Positions 51,996 to 61,972 of a stretch of DNA of 64,000 bases are shown here, piece after piece. The translations under genes were made by a program, and so were the position numbers. Under the pieces are notes generated by a model. That model was not told the DNA's origin. It saw only the letters and a list, made by a program, of their open reading frames with translations, and made no database searches. Positions within the stretch are counted from its first letter, which is position 1. Each line of letters starts with the position of its first letter. The stretch comes from Candidatus Latescibacterota bacterium (GTDB taxonomy: Bacteria > Latescibacterota > UBA2968 > GCA-2709665): contig CBDDDZ010000003.1 in assembly GCA_965226795.1 (NCBI GenBank), positions 128,001 through 192,000 on the forward strand. Reading direction: 5' to 3'.

Positions 51996-52561
51996 TCGAA
52001 CTGATAGACGTTGTTCTGCTGGCTTTCATGGCGGCCACCGCCGTCGCCGTCGTCCTGATCCGAAATCTGCTCGCCTCCGTGATCCTGGCCGGGATTTTCA
52101 GCTTGCTTTCCGCCGGGATGTTTACCGTGATGGACGCCGTCGACGTGGCCTTTACCGAGGCCGCCGTGGGCGCGGGCATCTCGACCGTGCTGCTGATCGG
52201 GACCCTGATGCTGACCACCACGGAGGAAAGGAAGCCGTCCCGTCCGTCTCCGCTGCCCCTTCTGGTGGTCCTGGCGACCGGGGCGGTCCTGATCTACGGC
52301 ACGTTGGACATGCCGCTTTTCGGCGACGCCGGGGCGCCGGTTCATACCCATATCGCCCCGGAATATCTCAAAGATACCGTGCCGCACGTCAGCGGTTCCA
52401 CAAAAAGAGTCGACGTTGAAAATATCGTGACTTCGGTGCTTGCCAGCTACAGAGGATACGATACGCTTGGCGAAACCACGGTGATCCTTTGCGCGGGCAT
52501 CGGGGTGTTGCTGTTGCTGAAGGGATCCAGGCCGGGCCGCGACCGGGAGGACAGGCGGTGA
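51992..52561 (+). CDS. Mrp subunit, DUF4040 (MbhD-like) + MbhE-like
   Basis: AVDVAFTEAAVGAG and NIVTSVLASYRGYDTLGE. Confidence 0.85.
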   Translation: MIELIDVVLLAFMAATAVAVVLIRNLLASVILAGIFSLLSAGMFTVMDAVDVAFTEAAVGAGISTVLLIGTLMLTTTEERKPSRPSPLPLLVVLATGAVLIYGTLDMPLFGDAGAPVHTHIAPEYLKDTVPHVSGSTKRVDVENIVTSVLASYRGYDTLGETTVILCAGIGVLLLLKGSRPGRDREDRR

Positions 52562-52977
52562 AGGATCAGATCATTCCGCGTGTAATTGCCAAGCTATTCA
52601 TCCCGCTTATCCTTCTGTTTGCGCTCTACGTCCAGTTTCACGGCGATTTCGGGCCGGGGGGCGGGTTCCAGGCCGGTGTGATTTTTGCCGCGGGATTTGT
52701 GCTATACACGCTGATATACGGCCTGGACGAGGCGAAGCGGGTGGCCAGACCCGCCGTCGTGGAAATTGTCATTGCCTTCGGTCTGCTCCTGTATGCCGGC
52801 ACCGGGGTCGTGGGGATGATAAAGGGTGGCCGCTATCTGGACTACGGCGTGCTGGGAGCCGATCCGGTGCACGGTCAGCATCTCGGTATTCATTTAATCG
52901 AACTCGGAGTGGGGATCACCGTGGCTTCGGTGATTATCGGGGTCTTCTTCGCCTTTGTCGGCAGGAAACGACCATGA
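52558..52977 (+). CDS. mrpB: Na+/H+ antiporter subunit B
   Basis: HGDFGPGGGFQAG, IELGVG. Confidence 0.9.
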   Translation: MKDQIIPRVIAKLFIPLILLFALYVQFHGDFGPGGGFQAGVIFAAGFVLYTLIYGLDEAKRVARPAVVEIVIAFGLLLYAGTGVVGMIKGGRYLDYGVLGADPVHGQHLGIHLIELGVGITVASVIIGVFFAFVGRKRP

Positions 52978-53333
52978 CGGCATTCCCGGGTTTATACAAC
53001 TATTGGATCGCAATTGTCCTGATGATGATCGGATTCTATGCGGTGATCACCAGCGGCAACCTGGTAAAGAAGCTAATCGGCCTGAATATCTTTCAGACGT
53101 CGGTCTTCCTGTTCTACATCAGCATGGGCAGAGTCTCCGGCGGGAGCGCGCCGATTGTCGCAGAGGGGGTGCAGCGCTATTCGAACCCGCTGCCGCATGT
53201 GCTCATTCTCACGGCAATCGTCGTCGGTATCGCTACGACGTCGCTCGGGTTGGCGCTGGTGGTGCGAATTCAGGAAGCCTACGGCACCATAGAAGAAGAG
53301 GAAATCTACGGTCTGGGCGAGAAGGTGCCCTGA
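52974..53333 (+). CDS. mrpC: Na+/H+ antiporter subunit C
   Basis: NLVKKLIGL, NPLPHVLILTAIVV. Confidence 0.92.
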   Translation: MTAFPGLYNYWIAIVLMMIGFYAVITSGNLVKKLIGLNIFQTSVFLFYISMGRVSGGSAPIVAEGVQRYSNPLPHVLILTAIVVGIATTSLGLALVVRIQEAYGTIEEEEIYGLGEKVP

Positions 53334-54850
53334 TGGCCGACCATTTGCCCATTCTGCAAATCGTGGTACCCCTCATATCCGCGCCGATCTGCCTGCTGCT
53401 TCGACGAAGGATGCTGGCCTGGGCCTTCGCCACGGCTGTCGGGTGGACCGTGCTGGGGATCGCCGTACTGCTGCTGATAAGGGTCCTGGATGCCGGTACA
53501 ATCTCCTACGCGCTCGGGAGCTGGAGCGCCCCGTGGGGGATCGAGTATCGGATCGATACGGTCAACGCATACATATTGGTCCTGGTGGCCTTCGTCGGCG
53601 CCGTCGTGCTTTTGTACGCGCCTCCCAGCGCGGCCCATGAGATCTCCCTCGACCGTCACTATCTGTTTTACGCGGCATATCTCCTGTGCCTGACGGGCCT
53701 CCTCGGCATCGCCATCACCGGAGACGCGTTCAACCTGTTTGTCTTTCTCGAGATTTCCTCCCTGTCTACGTATGCGCTGATCAGCCTTGGAAGAGACCGC
53801 CGCGCCCTGACGGCCTCTTACCAGTACCTGGTAATGGGTACCATCGGGGCGACGTTTATTCTGATCGGCGTCGGGCTCCTTTATATGGCAACGGGGACCC
53901 TGAACATGGCGGACCTCGCAGTTCGTCTGGGTCCGGTTCTGGATACCAGGACAGTGCTGGCGGCATTCGCATTCCTCGGTGTCGGCCTGTGCTTGAAACT
54001 GGCTCTCTTTCCGCTGCACATGTGGCTGCCAAACGCGTATTGTTATGCGCCATCGATGGTGACGGCCTTTCTTGCTGCAACCGCGACCAAGGTCTCCATC
54101 TATGTCCTCCTGCGGTTCATTTTCTCCATTTTCGGACCCCGATTCGCGTTCGAGACGGTTGGTATACACGTCGTGTTGCTGCCACTTTCGCTCCTCGGTA
54201 TTTTCGCGGCTTCAACGGTCGCCATATTCCAGAGGAACATCAAACGCATGTTCGCCTATTCCAGTGTTGCCCAGGTCGGTTACATCATGCTGGGAATCTG
54301 CCTCGTGTCGGTGAGCGGCGCCGGGCCGGACGTCCGGTACGGGCCGGGGTCGTTGAATGGTCTCACCGCCGGAATCGTTCACCTTTTCAATCACGCCGTT
54401 ACGAAATGCGCGCTGTTCCTGGGTATGGGTTGTATCGCCCTCCGCGTGGGCTCGGTGCAACTTGACGATATGCAAGGTCTCGGACGCCGCATGCCGGTGA
54501 CGATGGCCGCCGTTGTGCTTGGTGGACTCAGCCTGATCGGCGTCCCTCTCACGGTGGGCTTCATCAGCAAGTGGCACCTGGTTCTGGCGGCCCTGGAAAA
54601 GGGCTGGTGGCCGATCGCGGTTCTTGTTCTGCTGGGTTCCCTGCTTGCGGTGATCTATATATGGCGGGTGGTCGAGGTCGCCTATTTCCGTGAGCCTGCC
54701 GAGCCTGCCGGGGTGAACGAGGCACCGCTGCTGATGCACATCCCCATGTGGATTATGATTGCAGCCACCCTCTACTTCGGAGTTTCGACGTCCCTCACCC
54801 TGGGCGTTGCCCGGCAGGCCGCCGGATGGCTTTTGGGAATTACGCCATGA
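53333..54850 (+). CDS. mrpD: Na+/H+ antiporter subunit D family (1)
   Basis: DAFNLFVFLEI, KLALFPLHMWLPNAY. Confidence 0.9.
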   Translation: MADHLPILQIVVPLISAPICLLLRRRMLAWAFATAVGWTVLGIAVLLLIRVLDAGTISYALGSWSAPWGIEYRIDTVNAYILVLVAFVGAVVLLYAPPSAAHEISLDRHYLFYAAYLLCLTGLLGIAITGDAFNLFVFLEISSLSTYALISLGRDRRALTASYQYLVMGTIGATFILIGVGLLYMATGTLNMADLAVRLGPVLDTRTVLAAFAFLGVGLCLKLALFPLHMWLPNAYCYAPSMVTAFLAATATKVSIYVLLRFIFSIFGPRFAFETVGIHVVLLPLSLLGIFAASTVAIFQRNIKRMFAYSSVAQVGYIMLGICLVSVSGAGPDVRYGPGSLNGLTAGIVHLFNHAVTKCALFLGMGCIALRVGSVQLDDMQGLGRRMPVTMAAVVLGGLSLIGVPLTVGFISKWHLVLAALEKGWWPIAVLVLLGSLLAVIYIWRVVEVAYFREPAEPAGVNEAPLLMHIPMWIMIAATLYFGVSTSLTLGVARQAAGWLLGITP

Positions 54851-56313
54851 CCGCTTCGGATGCCACGCTGCTCGCCGTTCTGCTGCCCCTGCTGGGCGCC
54901 CCGCTGATAGGTCTTCTTGGGCAAAGGCCCAATCTGCGCGAGGCGGCCACACTGGCCACAGGTGGCGTGCTGTTTTTTGTGGTGCTTTCCCTGGTTCCGG
55001 ACGTCCTTTCAGGGGCGAGGCCGGGTATAGAAATTCTCGAGGTGATGCCAGGCCTGGCGCTGGCGTTTGAAGTTGAACCCCTGGGCATGCTCTTCGGGTT
55101 GATTGCCTCGGGACTCTGGATCCTGACGTCTGTGTATTCCATCGGCTACATGCGCGGTCATCACGAAACGAACCAGACCAGGTTTTACGTTTTCTTTGCC
55201 GTGGCCATTACGGGTGCAGTAGGCGTTGCGTTCGCCCGCAATATGTTCACGCTGTTCATCTTCTACGAGATTCTGACCCTTTCGACCTATCCGCTGGTCA
55301 CCCACCATCGGACGAAAGAGGCGCTCCGGTCCGGCAGGATCTACATGGGCATACTGCTCGGCACGTCGGTCGGTTTGATGCTGCTGGCAGTGGTGTGGAC
55401 CTGGAATCTGACGGGCACACTGGAATTCGTACCCGGCGGAATCCTCAAGGGCAAGGCGAGTCCGACCGTGGTGGGCATACTGCTGGCACTCTATGCGTTT
55501 GGAACCGGCAAGGCCGCGCTGATGCCGTTCCACCGCTGGCTGCCGGCGGCGATGGTGGCGCCCACGCCTGTCAGCGCCCTGCTGCACGCGGTGGCCGTAG
55601 TTAAAGCAGGCGTGTTTACAGTGATGAAGATTGTGGTCTACATCTTTGGCATCGATCTGCTCAGCAGCAACGGAATGAGCGTGTGGCTGGCATACGTTGC
55701 CGCCGCAACCCTGCTGATTGCATCGCTGGTGGCATTAACCAAAGACAATCTCAAAGCGCGTCTCGCCTATTCCACAGTCAGCCAGTTGTCCTACGTTGTA
55801 CTCGGCGCGGCCCTCGCCAACACCTGGGGGATCATTGGCGGCTCTATGCATATTGCGATGCACGCCTTTGGCAAGATTACGTTGTTTTTCTGTGCCGGCG
55901 CCATCATGGTGGCCGCGCACAAGACCGAAATCAGCGACATGGCCGGGATCGGCAAGACAATGCCAATTACCATGTTCGCCTTTTTTATCGGGTCGCTGAG
56001 TGTGATCGGCCTGCCCCCGCTTGGCGGTTCGTGGAGCAAGTGGTACCTGGCGCTCGGCGCGGCGGAGTCGGATCAGATCGTTCTTGTGGCCGTGTTGATA
56101 ATCAGTTCGCTGTTGAACGTCTCGTACCTGATGCCGATCGTCGCCCGCGCGTTTTTCGTGACGCCCGCCTCGGCGCCCTCCGGTCCGTCTCCCATCAGGG
56201 AGGCCCCGGCGTTCTGCGTCGTTCCACTGTGTCTGACGGCGCTGGGATGCCTGGTGCTCTTCTTCTGCGCCGAAGAGATCTACCGGTTGCTGGCGCCGAT
56301 AGCCCAACCCTGA
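54847..56313 (+). CDS. Na+/H+ antiporter subunit D/A family (2)
   Basis: GKAALMPFHRWLPAAMVAPTPVSALLHAVAVVKAG. Confidence 0.88.
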   Translation: MTASDATLLAVLLPLLGAPLIGLLGQRPNLREAATLATGGVLFFVVLSLVPDVLSGARPGIEILEVMPGLALAFEVEPLGMLFGLIASGLWILTSVYSIGYMRGHHETNQTRFYVFFAVAITGAVGVAFARNMFTLFIFYEILTLSTYPLVTHHRTKEALRSGRIYMGILLGTSVGLMLLAVVWTWNLTGTLEFVPGGILKGKASPTVVGILLALYAFGTGKAALMPFHRWLPAAMVAPTPVSALLHAVAVVKAGVFTVMKIVVYIFGIDLLSSNGMSVWLAYVAAATLLIASLVALTKDNLKARLAYSTVSQLSYVVLGAALANTWGIIGGSMHIAMHAFGKITLFFCAGAIMVAAHKTEISDMAGIGKTMPITMFAFFIGSLSVIGLPPLGGSWSKWYLALGAAESDQIVLVAVLIISSLLNVSYLMPIVARAFFVTPASAPSGPSPIREAPAFCVVPLCLTALGCLVLFFCAEEIYRLLAPIAQP

Positions 56314-56324
56314 CGGACGAGGCC

Positions 56325-56570
56325 ATGGAAGATAAAAAGAAAAACTGGCTTGAGGAGGCCGGGAACGTAAAGATGATCCGCCGGGCGCTCTATGCGATCT
56401 GCGCCCTGCTGTTGGTGGTAGATCTGTTCGTGCATAAACATCCCCATATTGTAGCGGAGGAGTGGTTCGGCTTCTATGGGTTGTACGGGTTTGTCGCCTG
56501 TGTCGTGTTGGTCCTGGCAGCCAGGGGACTGCGCGTTATTCTGGGACGCAAGGACGACTATTATGATTGA
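56325..56570 (+). CDS. Small 2-TM membrane protein within mrp cluster
   Basis: GAGG RBS; FYGLYGFVAC..R.DDYYD; overlaps next gene. Confidence 0.75.
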   Translation: MEDKKKNWLEEAGNVKMIRRALYAICALLLVVDLFVHKHPHIVAEEWFGFYGLYGFVACVVLVLAARGLRVILGRKDDYYD

Positions 56571-58251
56571 TCAGTTGCCGCCGGCCCTGATCCTGGTTAT
56601 CGGGTCGCTTCTGATACCGTTTCTTAAGGGACGCTTCCGGTCTATCTATATGCTGTTGCTTCCGGTTGCCGGGTTCGCCCATCTGCTCGGACTCTCCCCG
56701 GGCGAATACTGGCGGATCGGGGTCTTTGACTATTCCCTTACGTTGGTTCGAATCGACAGGCTCAGCCTGGTCTTTGGCTACATCTTCCATATCGCCGCCT
56801 TTCTGAGCGTCATCTATGCTCTCCATGTGAAGGACAACACGCAGCATGTCGCCGGCTTGTTCTATGCGGGCAGCGCCGTAGGCGCCCTCTTTGCCGGCGA
56901 TCTGATTACCCTTTTCGTCTACTGGGAACTCACGGCGATATCTTCCGTGTTTCTGATCTGGAGCCGCCGGACCGACCGCGCCTATGCCGCCGGAATGCGC
57001 TACCTGATCGTTCAGGTCTGCTCCGGCATGCTTCTGTTTGCCGGCATTCTGATCCACCTGCGGGAGACGGGGTCGATCGCCTTTACCGAGTTGGGGCTGA
57101 ATGGTCTGGGCACGATCCTGATCTTTATCGCTTTTGGAATCAAGTGCGCCTTTCCCCTGCTCCACAGTTGGCTGCAGGACGCCTATCCGGAGGCAACGGT
57201 GACCGGAACCGTGTTCCTGAGCGCGTTCACGACAAAGCTGGCGGTATATGCGCTTGCACGTGGCTTTCCCGGGACAGAGATCCTGATCCCGATTGGAGCC
57301 GCAATGACCGTGTTTCCCATCTTCTACGCGGTCATTGAAAACGACCTCAGGCGGGTGCTCGCCTACAGCCTGAACATCCAGCTGGGATACATGGTGGTTG
57401 GCATAGGGATTGGAACGGAGATGTCCCTGAACGGTACGGCGGGCCACGCTTTCAACCATGTCCTGTACAAGGCCCTGTTGTTTATGTCGATGGGCGCGGT
57501 GCTGTATCGAACGGGCACGGCCAAAGCAACGGAACTGGGCGGATTGTACAAATCCATGCCTCTGACAACACTGTTTTGCATCATTGGCGCGGCGTCTATT
57601 TCGGCGTTTCCATTTTTTAACGGTTTTGTAAGTAAGTCGTTAATTCTCCGGGAGGTGGCCGATGGACACTACATCCTGACGTGGATGGTGTTGTTATTCG
57701 CTTCGGCCGCTGTGTTGATGTATACAGGCATCAGGATTCCCTACCTTGCTTTCTTTGGAGGCGATTCGGGGGTCCGCTGCAAGGAGGCGCCGCTGAATAT
57801 GCTCGTTGCCATGGGTGCAACGGCTGTCCTGTGCGTCCTGATTGGTATCATTCCGGAACCATTTTACAATATTCTGCCCTATGCCGTGAATTACGAACCC
57901 TATTCGATGGGCCACGTGGTTACCCAGTACCAGATGTTGTTTTTCTCCGCTCTGGCATTCGTTGTATTGAAGCGGACCGGGATTTATCCGCCCGTACTCA
58001 GGTCCGTAAACCTGGACACCGACTGGGTGTATCGGCGGCTGCTGCCGGGTATCGTCCGGGTTGTCGCGCGAGCGGGCGGTAGCGCGGAAAGTTCGATCCT
58101 GAAAGGCGGCAGCGCGCTGGTCGCGGCAACGGTTTCCGGCTGCCGGCAATACCACGGCCCCCAGGGCATTCTGGGCCGAACCTGGCCCACCGGTAGTGCC
58201 GTGTTGGTCGTGACGATCTTCCTGGCCGTCTTTTTGATCTATTGCTTCTGA
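56563..58251 (+). CDS. Na+/H+ antiporter subunit D/A family (3)
   Basis: FPLLHSWLQDAYPEAT, SAFTTK, NGFVSKS; extended C-terminus. Confidence 0.88.
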   Translation: MIDQLPPALILVIGSLLIPFLKGRFRSIYMLLLPVAGFAHLLGLSPGEYWRIGVFDYSLTLVRIDRLSLVFGYIFHIAAFLSVIYALHVKDNTQHVAGLFYAGSAVGALFAGDLITLFVYWELTAISSVFLIWSRRTDRAYAAGMRYLIVQVCSGMLLFAGILIHLRETGSIAFTELGLNGLGTILIFIAFGIKCAFPLLHSWLQDAYPEATVTGTVFLSAFTTKLAVYALARGFPGTEILIPIGAAMTVFPIFYAVIENDLRRVLAYSLNIQLGYMVVGIGIGTEMSLNGTAGHAFNHVLYKALLFMSMGAVLYRTGTAKATELGGLYKSMPLTTLFCIIGAASISAFPFFNGFVSKSLILREVADGHYILTWMVLLFASAAVLMYTGIRIPYLAFFGGDSGVRCKEAPLNMLVAMGATAVLCVLIGIIPEPFYNILPYAVNYEPYSMGHVVTQYQMLFFSALAFVVLKRTGIYPPVLRSVNLDTDWVYRRLLPGIVRVVARAGGSAESSILKGGSALVAATVSGCRQYHGPQGILGRTWPTGSAVLVVTIFLAVFLIYCF

Positions 58252-58440
58252 TACACGGGAACACGTAGACTCGCATAAATAACATAAAAACAATTAGATG
58301 AGTATATTTTCCATGACAGTAACCGATTGCGTATTCTCGCAATTACGCGCCTGCGCGCCAATATCGAACTTTAGGCTTGACTTTTTTATCGCATCCCCGT
58401 TAATTAATGCTGCTAATAAATTTCACCGGGGACTTCTGCG

Positions 58441-59889
58441 TTGCCTGACCTGAATTGGATTGTTCTCGTTCCCTCCCTGATTATCACGGCGAGTGCGTTG
58501 TTGATCCTGTGCATCGACATCGTCAGGCCCGGAAATCGGGGTGTCGGAGCGGCATACGCGGCCATTATCGGAACGGGCCTTGCGGCGGTCGCCTGTGCCG
58601 GTCTTTGGGGACGATCCGAGCAGGCCTTTGGCGGAATGCTCGCGCTTGACAATTTCGCGCTCTTTTCCAACATCATATTTGCGGTTGGCACGGGGCTGAC
58701 CATATTGGTTTCCATCGGTTATCTGAGGCAGGAACACAGCAGCCGCAGCGAGTACTATCTGCTGCTGCTGACGGCCACGCTGGGCATGATGCTCATGGCC
58801 GCCGGGACGGACCTGATAGTGATATTCCTGGGTCTGGAACTGATGTCTCTGTCGCTCTATATCCTGGTTGGATTCCTCACGTCGCGCTCCGCCTCCAACG
58901 AGGCCTCGCTGAAATATCTGTTGCTGGGGGCTTTTTCAACCGGGTTTCTACTCTACGGGATTGCCCTGATCTACGGGTCGACCGGTTCCACAAACCTGCA
59001 ACAGGTCGGCGCGATGCTCTCCCGACGGGTGGATAGCGGCAGCCTGATGTTATACGCCGGAATGGCATTGCTGGTTGTGGGCTTTGCATTCAAGGTGGCG
59101 GCGGTTCCCTTTCACATGTGGGCGCCCGATGTCTACGAAGGTGCGCCCGCTGCGGTGACCGCGTTTCTCTCGGCGGGCCCCAAGGCGGCCGCCTTTGTGG
59201 CATTTTTGCGTGTACTGATGGTATCTCTGGAATCGTTGACGGCGGAGTGGACAGCGGTGCTCTGGATTCTGGCCGTGTTAACAATGACCGTAGGCAACCT
59301 GAGCGCCCTGGGGCAGCAGAGCCTTAAACGGATGCTGGCCTATTCCAGCGTTGCGCATGCCGGTTACGTATTGGTTGCACTCACCGCTGCCAGCGGGAAG
59401 GGCATTTCCGCGGCGTTGTTTTATCTTTTTGCTTATACGTTTATGAATATCGGCGCCTTTGCGGTCCTGATTCTGGTTGCGCGGAAAGGCGAAGAGAACC
59501 TGGATATATCGGATTACGCGGGGCTGGGTTTCAAACATCCGGTTCTCGGGCTGACCATGACGCTGTTTATGCTCTCGCTGGCGGGGCTGCCGCCGACTGC
59601 CGGATTCTTCGGAAAGTTCTACATTTTCCGGGCGGCCATAGACGCGGGTCTGTTCTCTCTCACCATTATCGGCGTGCTCAACAGCCTTGTCTCGGTCTAT
59701 TTCTATCTCGGGGTCGTCGTAAGTATGTATATGAGACAACCAGCCGATAAAGCGCCCGTGGAATCTTTTCCCCCGCTTACACGAACCGCGCTGTTGGTGA
59801 CGTCCCTGGCAACCCTCTATATAGGTCTCGCTCCCTCTCGGCTTCTGGAGTTGGTCAGGCAGACGGTGGACAACCTGATAGGAATTTAA
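58441..59889 (+). CDS. nuoN: NADH-quinone oxidoreductase subunit N
   Basis: EASLKYLLLG, FKVAAVPFHMWAPDVYEGAP, GFFGKF. Confidence 0.95.
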   Translation: MPDLNWIVLVPSLIITASALLILCIDIVRPGNRGVGAAYAAIIGTGLAAVACAGLWGRSEQAFGGMLALDNFALFSNIIFAVGTGLTILVSIGYLRQEHSSRSEYYLLLLTATLGMMLMAAGTDLIVIFLGLELMSLSLYILVGFLTSRSASNEASLKYLLLGAFSTGFLLYGIALIYGSTGSTNLQQVGAMLSRRVDSGSLMLYAGMALLVVGFAFKVAAVPFHMWAPDVYEGAPAAVTAFLSAGPKAAAFVAFLRVLMVSLESLTAEWTAVLWILAVLTMTVGNLSALGQQSLKRMLAYSSVAHAGYVLVALTAASGKGISAALFYLFAYTFMNIGAFAVLILVARKGEENLDISDYAGLGFKHPVLGLTMTLFMLSLAGLPPTAGFFGKFYIFRAAIDAGLFSLTIIGVLNSLVSVYFYLGVVVSMYMRQPADKAPVESFPPLTRTALLVTSLATLYIGLAPSRLLELVRQTVDNLIGI

Positions 59890-59965
59890 GCATCCCCGCG
59901 GCTTGCGGCGTACGGGGATATTCCGGAACCGACGCCCTTCCGTCCTTAACCCATCACGTGGATCA

Positions 59966-60217
59966 ATGGCGGACGAGGAAAAACAAGCGGGTCTGGCCGC
60001 ATCCTATCGGAAAGCGGGCCCTTATCTGAACCTGGGAATTGAGTTTGCGGCGTCCATCATCCTCTGTCTATTTGCCGGACAATGGCTGGATGGCAAACTT
60101 GGAACGGCCCCTTATCTGATGTTGGCGGGAATGTCTCTGGGCATCACCGTCGGATTTCTGAACCTGTACAGAACGGCGATTCGACTCCAGGAACGCGAAA
60201 AGCAGAACAACCATTAG
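59966..60217 (+). CDS. AtpZ/AtpI family ATP synthase protein
   Basis: GQWLDGKLGTAP motif, first gene of atp operon. Confidence 0.8.
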   Translation: MADEEKQAGLAASYRKAGPYLNLGIEFAASIILCLFAGQWLDGKLGTAPYLMLAGMSLGITVGFLNLYRTAIRLQEREKQNNH

Positions 60218-60376
60218 CAGTCCGTTGTAAAGTTGCTCTGCAGGCGAGGCCGATCCATTGCGACCGAAAACAAGGCGCGCGATCGAGTCGAATCGGGGGA
60301 TTCGGAGAGGGAGCGCAACGCAGTAATTCGGCCACAAGAGCCGGCCGCAGTCCGGATGGACTTTTTCAACGGGCTG
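60218..60376. mobile_element. MITE family A, copy 2
   Basis: Highly similar to 5269-5428; flanks TTAG/TTTG, left flank contains the atpZ stop codon. Confidence 0.85.
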
Positions 60377-60399
60377 TTTGGGCCGTCCGGAGGTGAAAC

Positions 60400-60804
60400 A
60401 TGGGAACGGAGTTCCTCCGATTTGGCAAGCAGGTCGGCGCTGTCCTGATCCTGGCGGCAATTCTGGGCGGGTTCCCGCTATACGTCTATTGGGGCGATGA
60501 AATGGTCCTGGCGGCAGCCGTCGGGTGTGGAATTGGCGCGCTGAACGCACTGGCCGGGGGACTCTCGGCCATCTGGTCGCTCGACCGGCCACAGTCGGTT
60601 TTTCTGAAGACGTTGCTGGGTGGAATGGGCATTCGGATGCTGGTCATCTGCGTCGCACTGGTCCTGTTGGTCAAATATACAGCGCTCTCGGTTTACGGTC
60701 TGGTTTTCTCTCTCTTTATATCGTACCTGCTCTTTCAGATTCTGGAAATTAGATTCTTTGTGAGGCGCGCCGGTGTTAGGCAGGCCTCAAAAGAAGGAGT
60801 TTGA
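60400..60804 (+). CDS. atpI: ATP synthase protein I-like (4 TM)
   Basis: GGAGG RBS, 4 TM helices, located just before atpB. Confidence 0.7.
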   Translation: MGTEFLRFGKQVGAVLILAAILGGFPLYVYWGDEMVLAAAVGCGIGALNALAGGLSAIWSLDRPQSVFLKTLLGGMGIRMLVICVALVLLVKYTALSVYGLVFSLFISYLLFQILEIRFFVRRAGVRQASKEGV

Positions 60805-60808
60805 TTCA

Positions 60809-61615
60809 ATGGCCTCAGAAGGCGCAGCGGAAGGCAAAAAAGACTACATCATGGAGCATTTGCTCGATTCATCGGAGCTCCATTTGCCGTGGGTACATGA
60901 ATATGTCGAACTGCCTCGTTTTGAGCTGTTCGGGATCGACCTTTCCATCACCCGGCACGTGGTCATGATGTGGATTGCGGCGGCGTTTCTCCTGTGTGCC
61001 TTCGTATCGACAACCCGTCGTCGCGGACTGGTACCCTCCGGGCTCGCAAATCTGCTGGAGTCGATTGTCGTATTCATTCGGGATGAAATCGCCGTTCCCA
61101 ACATCGGCTCAAGAGAAGCCGGACGGTTTTTGCCCTTTTTGTTTACCGTTTTTTTCTTCATCCTGACCTGCAATCTGCTTGGCCTGGTACCCTATGGCGC
61201 TACCGCCACCGGCAATGTGAGCGTAACCGCCGGGTTGGCGATCTGCGCCTTTCTGGTTATACAGATGGGTGGTATTCTTCACAACGGCTTGCTGGGTTAC
61301 TTCAAGGGACTGGTGCCGCACGGACTGCCACTGCCAATCACGATCCTGATGATCCCTATCGAGCTCATCGGCATGGTTGCCAAACCGTTTGCGCTCTGTA
61401 TTCGTCTCTTTGCCAATATGACCGCCGGACACGTGATCATCCTGGCGTTGCTGGGACTGATTTCCATGTTCCAGTCGTACGCCGTCGCACCCGTATCCGT
61501 GCTATTCGCCCTGGCGATCTATCTGCTCGAAATCTTCGTGGCATTGGTGCAGGCGTATATCTTTACCATGCTATCCTCCGTTTTTATCGGGATGGCGGTG
61601 CATCAGGATCACTGA
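60809..61615 (+). CDS. atpB: ATP synthase subunit a
   Basis: NLLGLVP, IRLFANMTAGH, VQAYIF. Confidence 0.96.
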   Translation: MASEGAAEGKKDYIMEHLLDSSELHLPWVHEYVELPRFELFGIDLSITRHVVMMWIAAAFLLCAFVSTTRRRGLVPSGLANLLESIVVFIRDEIAVPNIGSREAGRFLPFLFTVFFFILTCNLLGLVPYGATATGNVSVTAGLAICAFLVIQMGGILHNGLLGYFKGLVPHGLPLPITILMIPIELIGMVAKPFALCIRLFANMTAGHVIILALLGLISMFQSYAVAPVSVLFALAIYLLEIFVALVQAYIFTMLSSVFIGMAVHQDH

Positions 61616-61679
61616 ACGCGGAATTTCGTTGTCAACGCTTCATAATCAACCCTTAACTTCCTAGCGGAGGAGGTGTGTT

Positions 61680-61931
61680 GTGGCAGACGTGGCATCCGTG
61701 GCGGCTGAAGCATACGGTTATCTGTCCGCCGGCATTGGCGCGGGGCTGGTAACGATTGGCGCCGGAATTGGAATCGGGCGTTTGGCCAGTATGGCCGTAG
61801 AGGGCACCGCGCGGCAGCCCGAAGCGGCCGGCGATATCCGAACCTCTATGATCATTACCGCGGCCTTCATAGAGGGCGTGGCCCTTTTCGGGCAGGTGGT
61901 CTGCTTTCTTCTGGCAACAAAAGGTGGCTGA
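61680..61931 (+). CDS. atpE: ATP synthase subunit c
   Basis: GAGIGIG, ARQPE, FIEG. Confidence 0.96.
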   Translation: MADVASVAAEAYGYLSAGIGAGLVTIGAGIGIGRLASMAVEGTARQPEAAGDIRTSMIITAAFIEGVALFGQVVCFLLATKGG

Positions 61932-61972
61932 GGAAGCATACCGTTGAAGACGTCTAAACCAGAGGGACGGGT

